Assembly: GCA_963748505.1 (NCBI GenBank)
Contig: CAVVJH010000010.1
Coordinates: forward strand, 24,765 to 88,764
Direction of reading: 5' to 3'
DNA: 64,000 nucleotides
From: Candidatus Dormiibacterota bacterium
GTDB taxonomy: Bacteria > Chloroflexota > Dormibacteria > Aeolococcales > Aeolococcaceae
A model generated the notes under the pieces. It was not told the DNA's origin. It ran no database searches and was given only the letters and a program-made list of their open reading frames with translations. The first letter of the stretch is position 1. Each line of letters opens with the position of its first letter. The translations under genes and the position numbers were made by a program. Of this stretch, positions 41,034 through 51,299 are shown piece after piece.

Positions 41034-42766
41034 CCGGTACTCGCGCTCTCGGCCGCGACCAGCGGGCGACCGCTCAGCGCAACGCTTTGCGCTGGACGCA
41101 GATCGCGCAGTCGCGCACGCACGCGCTGGAAGCCCTGATAGGTGTCGACCTCGAGCCCGAAGCAGGCGTCCACCACGCGCCCTCGCGGCAGGTGCTCGGC
41201 GAGCCCTGGCTTGTGGAAGGCGATCGCCTCAACGATTCCGGAGCCGGTCGCCATGGTCACGCGGATGTGCTGCCCCTCGGAACCGAAGGTCGAAGTCCCG
41301 AGGACACGGGCACCGCAGACCGCGAGCAGCGGCGAGGGATTGCCCTGACCGCTCGGCTCGAGTTGCTCGAGCGCGTGGACCAGCTCTGGGGTGACGTCGA
41401 CGCCGGTGATCTCGCAGTCGATGGCGAAGTCGCGGCGGCGCTCGACCCCCGCGTTCTGTTCGCCGATTGAGGCCGTGATCAGCGCTCGGAACTCTTCGAA
41501 ACGGGTGGCGTCGAGACTGAACCCAGCCGCCGCGGCGTGGCCGCCATAGCGCAGGAGCGCCGGAGCGGCGCCGTCGAGCGCCTTGACGATATGGACCCCG
41601 CCCGCGGTGCGCGCCGAGCCCTTGGCCTCAGACGCGTCCAAGCAGGCGATGAAGGCCGGCCTCGCATAGCGCTCGGCAAGCCGCCCCGCCACGAGGCCGA
41701 CGATGCCCATCGGCCAGCCCGCATCCCCGAGCACGATTGCCGGAGCGTTCTCGTCGATCTCAGCAACCTGCGCCTCCGCCTCGGCCAGCGCCACCGCGAC
41801 CGCCTGCTGCCGGAGGCGGTTCTGGGTGTCCAGCGCAGCCGCGAGACGCTCCGATTCCTCGGGGTCGTCGCACAGGCAGAGCTCCAGGGCGAGGCGGGCG
41901 TCCTCCATCCGACCGGCCGCGTTGATGCGCGGGCCGACCGCGAAGGCGATGTCGGTGCCGCGCGGGGGCAGCGCGGTGCCGGCGGCCGCGCAAAGCGCGC
42001 GCAATCCCGGGAGGTCGCCGATCCTGGGAAGGCCGTCGCGAACGATCACCCGGTTCTCGCCGCGCAGCGGCATCATGTCGGCGATCGTGCCCAACGCGGC
42101 CAAGCCCAGCGATGCCTCAGCGCTGCCCGCCGGGACCGCCCCGCGCGACTCCAGGGCCTGGACCAGCTTGAACGCGACCCCGGCGCCGGCGAGACCGTCG
42201 AAGGCGTAGGTCGACCCCGGGAGCTTGGGATTGACCAGCGCATCTGCAGGCGCCAGTTGCGGTGGCGTCCCGCCCGGGGCGAGCGCGAGATGGTGGTCGG
42301 TGATCACCAGGCGCATGCCCGCCGGCCGCCCTGCGGCGACCGCGACGCTGCTCGTCCCGCAGTCCACGGTGATGACACAGCCGACGCCGCGATCGGCCAG
42401 GTCGGCCAGCGCCGCGGCATGCAGCCCGTAGCCTTCGGTCATCCGGTTGGGGATGTACGGGACGACCGTCGCACCGGCGGCCCGAAGACAGCGGGTGAGC
42501 ATGGCGCACGCCGTGACACCGTCGGCGTCGTAGTCACCGTAGATGGCAATCGCGCTGTGCTCGGCCATCGCGGCGCAGACGGCGGCAACCGCCTCCTCCA
42601 TTGCCGGGAGCCCGAACGGGTCGTGGTATCCGCCGCTGACCTCAAGGAACGCGGCAGCGTCCTCGGCGCCGAATCCGCGCGCGGCCAGCACCTGTCCGAC
42701 GACCGGGTGCAGTCCGGGAAGGGGCTCAGCGTCGCTCAGCCGCCAGCTGCGGGGCGCCGGCTGCAA
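41030..42766 (-). CDS. recJ: ssDNA-specific exonuclease RecJ
   Basis: YGDYDADG; IPNR..EGYGL; TVDCG; TDHH; LGTIAD; PRINAAGR; GSAR; GGHAAAAG. Confidence 0.95.
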   Translation of the reverse strand: MQPAPRSWRLSDAEPLPGLHPVVGQVLAARGFGAEDAAAFLEVSGGYHDPFGLPAMEEAVAAVCAAMAEHSAIAIYGDYDADGVTACAMLTRCLRAAGATVVPYIPNRMTEGYGLHAAALADLADRGVGCVITVDCGTSSVAVAAGRPAGMRLVITDHHLALAPGGTPPQLAPADALVNPKLPGSTYAFDGLAGAGVAFKLVQALESRGAVPAGSAEASLGLAALGTIADMMPLRGENRVIVRDGLPRIGDLPGLRALCAAAGTALPPRGTDIAFAVGPRINAAGRMEDARLALELCLCDDPEESERLAAALDTQNRLRQQAVAVALAEAEAQVAEIDENAPAIVLGDAGWPMGIVGLVAGRLAERYARPAFIACLDASEAKGSARTAGGVHIVKALDGAAPALLRYGGHAAAAGFSLDATRFEEFRALITASIGEQNAGVERRRDFAIDCEITGVDVTPELVHALEQLEPSGQGNPSPLLAVCGARVLGTSTFGSEGQHIRVTMATGSGIVEAIAFHKPGLAEHLPRGRVVDACFGLEVDTYQGFQRVRARLRDLRPAQSVALSGRPLVAAESASTG

Positions 42767-42775
42767 CGGCGGTCC

Positions 42776-43438
42776 TCAGGCGCCTGACGTCGGTGGCGTT
42801 CCCGGTGTTCCAGGTGCCGGCGTGGGGGCAGCTGCGGCGCTCGGGGGCGTCCCGTAGCTGGCGTTGGTGATGGCGCTGAAGTCAACCTTCGGCGCCTCGC
42901 CGACCACAGCGCGCTGGGCCGCATCGATCTGGAAGAACTCGGCGTTCTGGAAGTGGAACATGTTCGCGATCACGTTCGAAGGGAAGGCCTGAACGCGACG
43001 GTTGAACTGCTGGACGTTCGAGTTGTAGATCTGACGGGACGACTGGATGCGATCCTCGGTGTCGGACAGCGTCGCCTGCAACTGCAGGAAGTTCTGGTTT
43101 GCCTTCAGTTCGGGGTAGGCCTCCGCGACAGCGAACAGGTGCCCCAGGGCCATCTGGAAGGGACCCTCAGCGGCTGCCGCGGCAGCCGGGCCCTGCGCCT
43201 GCATCCCCGCGGAGCGCGCCTGCGCGACCTCCTCGAAGACGCCGCGTTCGTGGGCGGCGTAGCCCTGCACGGTCGAAACGAGGTTGGGGATGAGGTCGTA
43301 GCGGCGCTTGAGCTCGGTATCGATGTCCGCCCACGCGTTCTGTACGGCATTCCGCTGGGAGACGAACCGGTTGTACGAGGCCACCACGCCCAGCGCGATC
43401 ACCACGATGACGACGATGACAATGATCAGGGGTATCAC
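42776..43438 (-). CDS. lemA: LemA family protein
   Basis: YN.FV..RN.VQNAW.DID.ELKRRYDLIPNLV.TV.GYAAHE; AEAYPELKAN.NF; FPSN. Confidence 0.93.
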   Translation of the reverse strand: MIPLIIVIVVIVVIALGVVASYNRFVSQRNAVQNAWADIDTELKRRYDLIPNLVSTVQGYAAHERGVFEEVAQARSAGMQAQGPAAAAAAEGPFQMALGHLFAVAEAYPELKANQNFLQLQATLSDTEDRIQSSRQIYNSNVQQFNRRVQAFPSNVIANMFHFQNAEFFQIDAAQRAVVGEAPKVDFSAITNASYGTPPSAAAAPTPAPGTPGTPPTSGA

Positions 43439-43522
43439 GAACGTCTCCTTCGGAGCGGACGATTGCCGGCCTAGGGTACCGCGCAGCATGCGGCGTCCAA
43501 ACCCTTCTGGGGTGGTGCGGCG

Positions 43523-44892
43523 CTACCGGACGTCCCAGATGCCGGCGATCCCGCCGACCTCAGGGATCCATTTGATCTGGACAACCGTGACGCCGACCGG
43601 CACCTGAAAGACGACGCACCCCGTGCTCGACTGATGGGGTGCAACGCTGTAATCGCCGTTCGTGAAATTGGTGCATTCGCTCACGTCGTTGAGGTCCGCC
43701 GCATAGACGTGGTGGTTGTCGCCGATCAACGATGCGTCGTTGTTGGCATTGTCCGCGGAGGTTCCGCGAACGCCCGTGAGCTTGAACTCGGAGGCCACCA
43801 AACGATTGCCGGTCCTGGGCTGATCGAACTCATTCGCTCCGTGCGCTGGATCGATCATCGAGGTGAGCGCAATGCTCATCGTGTTGCTCAACTCGTCGGT
43901 CTCCGTGAACGACGTGCCGAGCGATCCCCGCTGTGGTGTCGGCGCCGCGGTTGCGGAAGGTTGGATACCGAGCGATGTCCCGAACTGGCCGAGGCCGTTG
44001 CTTGCCACACCGCCGGCAAGCGCGACGAGCCCCGCGGCGAAGGACCACACGTTGACCATGCGTTGCTGCGCAGCGCGTCGTGGTCCGGTGCCCTGGCCGA
44101 GCGGATCGCGCGCAGCCTGCACCGGCGCCTCAACACGCACCAACTGAGGGATCCTCTGGATCACCGCGAGGGCGGCGTCGAAGATGCTGCCCAGTTGGTC
44201 CGGGTGCGGTTGCGGCTTGAACACCATGAGGTACTCAGGCCCGAACACCGCGCTGCAATGGGGATCGATGCCGAGCAGCGTCTCGATCATTCGTGAGTCG
44301 ATCAGCTCAACGGCAAATGCCGTATCGATGGACTCGACCTCGAAACGTTGATTGAAGTCGATGGACTCAGCTGCACGCGCTGCGCGCTGGGACTGTAGCC
44401 GACCCCGCCGCGGCCCGATGCCGATGCAACGCTCACCGCCGGAATCCGCATGCCCAGCGGCAGGATGACGCAGGAGTACGAGAAGGTCACGGCACTCCTC
44501 CCCGTCGAGCGCGTGTAGCGATACTCGCAGTAGGTCAGGGGTACGCCGTTCCAGGCACCACGGAGAGCGTTGTCGAAACCGCCGTGTTGGTTGAACAGGA
44601 GGAAGCCGCAGTCATCGAAGGTCCAGTCGCCGGTTGCAGCCGTGAATCCGTGCGCGGCCGCAAAGGCGAGGATGCCCTGACGTCGCTGGCGCGCCCTGCG
44701 CGCTTCGACGCTCCACACGCCGCGAACCAGCAGCCAGACCGGCGCGAAGATGATCGCGAAGAACACCACGAGCAGGACGACGATCAGGCCGAATCGGTCG
44801 GCGAACCTGCCCACGGCGAAGGCGAGGACGACGATGCCGAGACCGATCAACCACACCAGCCTGCGGCGGTGCGATGCCTGCTGCGTCGACAT
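43523..44892 (-). CDS. Membrane-anchored DUF3137-like protein with a C-terminal DUF4352-like beta domain; frameshifted near 44300-44370
   Basis: ORFs 44302..44985 and 43523..44290 are colinear with the upstream paralog; C-terminal GCVVFQVP. Confidence 0.6.
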
Positions 44893-44914
44893 CAAGCAGT
44901 CCTCCCGGCGACGT

Positions 44915-45586
44915 CTAGGTCGGAGGAGGCGACTGTTGCGGCCCGAATTGCGAGCGCACCAAGGCCGGAATCCGCTGTTGGACAAGGACCGTCGCGTCGA
45001 ACAGAGCGCTGATCTGCGCGACCGCTTCGCGGTGAGCGTAGACCATCATGTCGTAGGGCCCGAGGACGACGTGAAAGCGTTGGTCGAGGCCGAGAAGTGT
45101 TTCGATCATCTGCGCGTCGATGAGCTGGATGGCGAAGCTGTCGTCGTCACAGTGCACGTCGAAGCGGTCGTTGAAGGCGATCGATTCGAAACGTATGCCG
45201 GGTGCGCCGACGGTCCTTTCTGCGAGCAGTCCTAAAGCACCCCTGGGGGACACGGTGACCTGCGGTATCTCGAGGCCGAGTGGGCCGATGACATTCGAGA
45301 ACGAATAGGTCTCCGAGCTCCGACCGCTCTGCACCACGTAGCTGTAGTCGCAGTACGTGACCGGCGCACCATTCCACACCCCGCGCAGCACGTTGCGCCA
45401 GGAGCGCCGGTTGCCACGGCTGAAGAGCTCGAAACCGCGCTCATCCATGTCCCAGTCGTTGCCGAGCACATTGAGGCTGTGCGCCGCCGCGAAGGCACGG
45501 ATGTCGCGGATGCGCTGCTGTCCAAGGAAGTACGACACCGCGCCGGCGCCAAGAGCGACGATCCCGATCAGGACGTACAGCGCCAT
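44915..45586 (-). CDS. Membrane-anchored DUF3137-like protein
   Basis: N-terminal TM helix; IRFESIAFNDRFDVHCDD..FA..LI...M. Confidence 0.65.
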   Translation of the reverse strand: MALYVLIGIVALGAGAVSYFLGQQRIRDIRAFAAAHSLNVLGNDWDMDERGFELFSRGNRRSWRNVLRGVWNGAPVTYCDYSYVVQSGRSSETYSFSNVIGPLGLEIPQVTVSPRGALGLLAERTVGAPGIRFESIAFNDRFDVHCDDDSFAIQLIDAQMIETLLGLDQRFHVVLGPYDMMVYAHREAVAQISALFDATVLVQQRIPALVRSQFGPQQSPPPT

Positions 45587-45637
45587 TCAGCCACCCCTGC
45601 GAGGCGATGGCACGCGCGTGTGCAGCACGATGCCCGG

Positions 45638-48383
45638 TCAGTCGCCCATGAGCTGACGGAGGACGAGCGGGAGGATGCCCCCGTTGCGCAGGTACTCGAC
45701 GTCGGTCTCGCTGTCGAGACGGCAGACCGTCTCGAACTCGATATCCGGCTGCCCCGCGCGGCGCGCACTCACATGCACTGCAGCACCGGGCCCTGCCTTC
45801 GCCACACCCCGAATCGTGTACAGCTCGGTGCCGTCGAGGTGCAGTGACTCGGCGGTCTCGCCCTGACGGAACTGGAGCGGCAGGATGCCCATGCCGACCA
45901 GGTTGCTCCGGTGGATGCGCTCGTAGGATTCCGCGATCACGGCGCGAACACCTTGCAGGAGCGGGCCCTTTGCCGCCCAGTCGCGCGACGAACCTGACCC
46001 GTACTCCTTGCCGGCGATGATCACCAGCGGGACGCCTTCGGATTGGTAGATCGCCGAGGCGTCAAAGATCGACATGACCGCGCCGTCGGGAAGATGCGCG
46101 GTCCATCCGCCTTCCTTCCCATCGGCGAGCTGATTGTGCAGGCGGATGTTCGCGAAGGTGCCGCGGACCATCACGTCGTGGTTACCGCGCCGCGCGCCGT
46201 AGGTGTTGAAGTCGCGAGCTTCGACGCCGTGCGCGCGCAGATAGTCGGCCGCCGGACTGAGTCCCGAAATGCTTCCCGCCGGCGAGATGTGGTCGGTGGT
46301 GATCGAGTTGCCGAGGAGCGCGAGCACGCGTGCGTCCACAACGTCGCCGGGCGCCTCGGGTTCCGGCGACATCCCCACGAAATAGGGTGGCTCGCGAACG
46401 TACGTCGAACTCCGGGTCCCAGTCGTAGAGCGCCCCCTCCGGCGAGGGCAGCTGTTGCCAGTGCTCATCGCCATTGAAGATTCGTTCGTATTCGCGCGTG
46501 TAGAGATCACTGCCCAAGGCGCGTTGCACCGTCTCGGTGACCTCGTCGGCAGTCGGCCAGATGTCGCTGAGGAAGACTGGCTTGCCGTCGTGGCCGGCGC
46601 CGAGTGAGTCGGTGGTGAGGTCGATGTCGAGATGGCCGGCGAGCGCATAGGCGACCACGAGCGGCGGCGACGCCAGATACGCGGCGCGCACCTGCGGATG
46701 GATGCGTCCTTCGAAGTTGCGGTTGCCGCTCAACACCGCGGCGACCGTGAGGTCCTCCGCGTCGATGCGCTCGGCGACGAGCTCGGGCAGCGGCCCGCTG
46801 TTGCCGATGCAGGTCGTGCAGCCGTAGCCGACGAGGTTGAAACGCAACTGCTCCAGTGATGAGAGCAGACCGGCGCGCTCCAGGTAGTCAGTGACCACAC
46901 GTGAGCCCGGGGCGAGCGACGTCTTCACGTACTCCGGCGGCATCAAGCCGCGCGCGACGGCGTTGCGGGCAAGCAAACCGGCCGCGACCATCACGGCCGG
47001 GTTCGACGTGTTGGTGCAGGAGGTGATGGCTGCGATGACCACTGAGCCGTCGCGAACGGAGTCGGCGTCAGCAGGTCCGTTGGGGATGGATGTCTCGGTG
47101 AGCGCCTCGGGGTCGATGCCGCCTTCCTCTTCCTCGCGCCGCACCTCGCCCTCGGCGGTCACGTCGCTGGCGGGTGTGGGGACGGGCTGCTCCCAGACGT
47201 TGCAGAACGACTGCCAGACGTTCGGCAGCGCAACCCGGTCCTGCGGTCGTTTGGGACCGGCGACACTCGGCACCACGCTCGCCAGGTCCAGCTCGACCAT
47301 CTCGCTGAACACGGGGATCGCCGATTCGTCGGTGCGGAACATGCCCTGTTCCTTCGCATAGCGCTCGACGAGGTCGATGTGCTCCGCGTCGCGACCTGAG
47401 GCGCGCAGATATTCGAGGGTGCGCGCGTCGACGGGGAACAGCGAGGCGGTGGCGCCGAACTCCGGGGACATGTTGGAGAGCGTCGCGCGATCCGGTACCG
47501 ACATGGACGAGAGTCCGCTCCCGCAGAACTCGACGAACTTGTTGACCACGCCGTGACGCCGGAGCATCTCGGTGAGCGTGAGCACGAGGTCGGTCGCGGT
47601 TGTGCCCGCGGGGAGTGCGTTGTGGAAACGGACACCGACCACCACCGGCGCGAGCAGGAACAGCGGCTGGCCGAGCATGCACGCCTCGGCTTCGATGCCA
47701 CCCACACCCCAGCCGAGCACGCCGATACCGTTGACCATCGGGGTATGCGAATCGGTCCCGACCAGCGTGTCCGGGAGGGCCATCCGCTCGCCGTTCGTCT
47801 CGCGCACCTGCACCACCTGGGCGAGGTATTCGAGGTTGATCTGGTGGACGATCCCCATGCCCGGGGGTACGACCCGGAAGCCGCGGAAGGCCTGCTGCGC
47901 CCAGCGAAGCAGCGAGTAGCGCTCCCGGTTGCGTTCGTACTCCCGAGCGATATTGCGTTCGTAGGCCTCGCGGTTGCCAAACGCATCGACCTGCACCGAG
48001 TGGTCGATGACGAGATCGACCGGCACGAGCGGGTCGATGCGCATCGGATCACCGCCCGCACGGGCCACCGCGGAGCGCATCGCAGCGAGGTCGACCACCG
48101 CCGGCACGCCGGTGAAATCCTGGAGGAGCACCCGCGCAGGCATGAACGCGCGCTCGCGGTCCGAGCTGGCGACCGTCCCATCCCAACCTGCGATCGCCTC
48201 GACGTCGCCGTCGCGGACGGAAGGGGCGCCGGCGTTCCGCACGCTGTTCTCGAGCAGGATCTTGACGGTGACCGGCAGCCGGGAGACGTCGCCGACCCCA
48301 CGCTCGGCGAGCGCGCCGAGGCGGTGATAGGTGACCCCCGGTATCAGTTCCGCTCTGGTGCCGAAGGGATCTCTGCCAGCCAT
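45638..48383 (-). CDS. acnA: Aconitate hydratase A; frameshift near 46410
   Basis: PARVLLQDFTGVP; DHSVQVD; GTDSHT; AAITSCTNTSNP; GYGCTTCIGNSG; TTDHISPAG; YGSGSSRDWAAKG. Confidence 0.96.
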
Positions 48384-48535
48384 GTGCACCAATCTTCGCA
48401 CCCGGTCACGGCGCGGGGCGATCCGGCGGCCGGGGCACCGCCGCCGGTGCGCGAAACCGTCGGATTGACCACAACCGGCGTCCTGCATGGCTATTCTTCT
48501 CAACCTGACAAGGCACCTCAGGGGGTTCCACTATC

Positions 48536-49420
48536 GTGGCCAGCAGCCAGAGCAGCGACGTACGCCCGGAGCATCAGCTCTATCACTCCTATTCGACCGA
48601 CGTCGATCAGGCGCGGACGAATGTGCACTACGAGCAGCCTCCGGAATTCTTCCTGCTCATCACCGGCGGTGAGTGGAACGTCTACTCAGCCAACCTCTGG
48701 GACCCGGGCACCGAGGACGACACCGCCTCGCAGGAGGCCAAGCTCGACCTGATCGCGCGCCTCGCCGGGCTCGAGCGGGGCATGCGCCTGATCGACGTCG
48801 GCTGTGGCTGGGCGGGCCCGCTCTCCTATCTCACGACGACCTACGGACTGACCGGCACCGGGCTGACGCTCTCGCCAACCCAGAAGGGCTACGCGGAGGA
48901 GCGGATCGCGCGGCTCGGCGCGGACGCGAACATCGTGCTCAGCCACTGGGAGGACTACACCCCCATGGAGAAGGTGGATGCGATCTACACCGACGAGGTG
49001 ATCGTCCACTTCTTCAACCTCGGTGGGTTCTTCACCAAGTGCCACGACTGGCTCAAGCCGGGCGGCGTCATGATCAACAAGGAGTTGCATCTCAAGCACC
49101 CGCGCCACGCCAAGCTCGAGCGCGGAGGCGAGTTCGTCAGCCAGATCTATGGCGACACCGGCAACTACCGCACCCTCGCCGAGGAGTTGCGTCTCGCCAA
49201 CGACGCCGGCTTCGACATCGAGCGGGTCCACCACATCGAGCGGCGTCACTACGAGGTGACGATCGATCACTGGCTCGCCAACATGCACAAGCACGCGGAC
49301 CGTCTCAAGGAGCTGGTCGGCGATCAGCACTACCGCGACTTCCGCGTGTACCTGCGGCTCGCCCGGCACATTCAGCGCAACGTCACGCTCGACGTCGTGG
49401 TCTGCCGCAAGCCCGCCTGA
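48536..49420 (+). CDS. Cyclopropane-fatty-acyl synthase-like SAM methyltransferase
   Basis: HYE.P.EFF...YS..W; QEAKLD; LIDVGCGWAG; GLTLS..Q; HY..T..HW. Confidence 0.85.
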   Translation: MASSQSSDVRPEHQLYHSYSTDVDQARTNVHYEQPPEFFLLITGGEWNVYSANLWDPGTEDDTASQEAKLDLIARLAGLERGMRLIDVGCGWAGPLSYLTTTYGLTGTGLTLSPTQKGYAEERIARLGADANIVLSHWEDYTPMEKVDAIYTDEVIVHFFNLGGFFTKCHDWLKPGGVMINKELHLKHPRHAKLERGGEFVSQIYGDTGNYRTLAEELRLANDAGFDIERVHHIERRHYEVTIDHWLANMHKHADRLKELVGDQHYRDFRVYLRLARHIQRNVTLDVVVCRKPA

Positions 49421-49442
49421 GGGTTCGCTGCGATCCCCGCCG

Positions 49443-50177
49443 TCAGGCAGGTGTGGAGAGCTGGGCGAGGTAGGACGTGAGGTGCGTGTACGCCCCGGTT
49501 GCGAGCAGGACGCCGAGCACAACGGTGATGACGCCGCCGGCGAGGGTGAGCGGGCGCACGAAGCGATTCAGTCTTCGGGGCAGGTCCGGCAGTGACGCCC
49601 AGACCAATGCCACCGCGATGAAGGGAAGACCCAGCCCCATCGAATAGACGACCAGCAGGATCGCCCCGGTGACAGCGTGGGAGCTCAGTGCCGCGAGCGT
49701 GAGCGCGGCCGCCAGGTAGGGGCCGACGCAGGGCGTCCATCCGAGCCCGAACACGACACCCACCAGGAATGCCCCCAGCACGCCGCGCCTTCGGAGCCGT
49801 TCGGGAAGCTGGAATCCCTGCGTCCGCTCCAGCAGTCCGACGCGAACCACGCCGATGATCGCCAGGCCGAAGAGGATCACCGCGACGCCACCGACGATCT
49901 CGACAATCCGTCCGCTCACCGCGCCGTTCGCCACCCGCGCGATGCCGCCCGCACTGAGCCCGAGCAGCACGAAAACACAGGTGAATCCGGCGACGTAGAG
50001 CAGCGAACCTGCGAGCAGACGCATGCGGAAGCTGTGCCGGCTGGGGGTGCTCAGTTCGGCGGCGCTCACGCCGGAGACGCAGGCCATGTAGGCCGGCAGC
50101 AGCGGAACCGTGCAAGGTGCGAGAAAGGAGCCGAGCCCCGCGACGAAGGTCGCGAGCAGCGTGGCGATCGACAGCAT
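49443..50177 (-). CDS. ccdA: Cytochrome c biogenesis protein CcdA
   Basis: AG.GSFLAPCTVPLLPAY; FGLGWTPCVGP.L; YS.GLGLPF. Confidence 0.88.
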   Translation of the reverse strand: MLSIATLLATFVAGLGSFLAPCTVPLLPAYMACVSGVSAAELSTPSRHSFRMRLLAGSLLYVAGFTCVFVLLGLSAGGIARVANGAVSGRIVEIVGGVAVILFGLAIIGVVRVGLLERTQGFQLPERLRRRGVLGAFLVGVVFGLGWTPCVGPYLAAALTLAALSSHAVTGAILLVVYSMGLGLPFIAVALVWASLPDLPRRLNRFVRPLTLAGGVITVVLGVLLATGAYTHLTSYLAQLSTPA

Positions 50178-51209
50178 CAGCCGAATGTAAACGTATAGAT
50201 GCGGAAGCCGGCCGGCACGGTGAGATCGATGAGATGGTAGCCGGACGAGACTTCCGGTCAGGACTTGGAAGAGGTCCTGCCGGGACACGGTGAAGCCGGA
50301 ATTGGTCAGCGCGCTGCCGGCATCTGCGGTCGATATCTGCTTTCCGTCAAGTTTGACGGAAACAGGCAGAGTCGCCCCGGGTGTGCCGGCAACCACGTAG
50401 ACCGTGTCGGCGGTGAACTGCAGGCGTACGTGACCGGTCGAGTCCGCCTGTAGGTACTGACCCTCGTTACTCCAGGACCCGGTCACCTGAATCGCGTCCT
50501 GGGTCTGCGGCGGTCCGGTGTCCGGGTAGTGCGTGGGCTGTCCGGGCTGGCCGTACTGCTCGCCGTCGGCGAGCTGGCCGCGCTCACTTCCTGCGTACAG
50601 CTCCGGCGTGGTGTTGGCAGGCACCGCCGTGGAAGAGGGGAGCGGCGCAGCCTTCACCTTGAGCAGCGAGGCAACCGCGGCATCGGTCGCGGCGTAGTCG
50701 CCCTCACCGAAGCTCTTGTAGGCGATGCGGCCCTGCTGATCGATGAGGTATTCCGCGGGCCAGTACTGGTTGTGGAAGGCATTCCAGGTGGCCATCTGAC
50801 TGTCGATGGCCACCGGCCAGGTGACGCCCAGACGGGTCACCGCCGCGGCCACATTGGCAGTGACCTTCTCGAAGTCGAACTCCGGGGAGTGCACCCCGAC
50901 GATCACGAAATCGTCGCCCTTGTAGGCGTTGTAGAGCACCTGGAGGTGCGGGATGGTGCGCACGCAGTTGACGCAGGAGAAGGTCCAGAAGTCGATGAGC
51001 ACCACCTTGCCGCGCAGCCCGGTCATGGTCAGCGGCTGGGTGTTCAGCCAGCCATCGATGCCCGCGAAATTCGGGGCGAGGGGACGAGCGCCGGCCGGCT
51101 CGACCTGCCCTCCGGTGCTTGCCGGCGACGGGTTGCTCAGCCACGCGAAACTCACCGCGGCGACGACCAGCACGGCGACAGTGGCGAGCGCGAGGCGATA
51201 TCGATTCAC
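50177..51209 (-). CDS. DipZ-like redoxin (TlpA thioredoxin plus C-terminal beta domain); frameshift near 50250
   Basis: LRGKVVLIDFWTFSCVNC; GVHSPEF; N.YWPA.YLID; ends FRIYTFTFG* with a TGATG overlap into ccdA. Confidence 0.85.
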
Positions 51210-51299
51210 TGGGACCGGCTCACTGTACGGCGCTCATGTTGAGGAACCATTACGAATGGGGTCCGGTCTGCTAGTTTGTGAAGCGACGTCCTGTCGCAG

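Noticed and set aside
49443-51209. Apparent reversed-order thioredoxin-CcdA fusion (588 aa ORF)
   Set aside because: The natural redoxin end (FRIYTFTFG*) is in another frame and overlaps the ccdA start as TGATG, so the fusion is an indel artefact.
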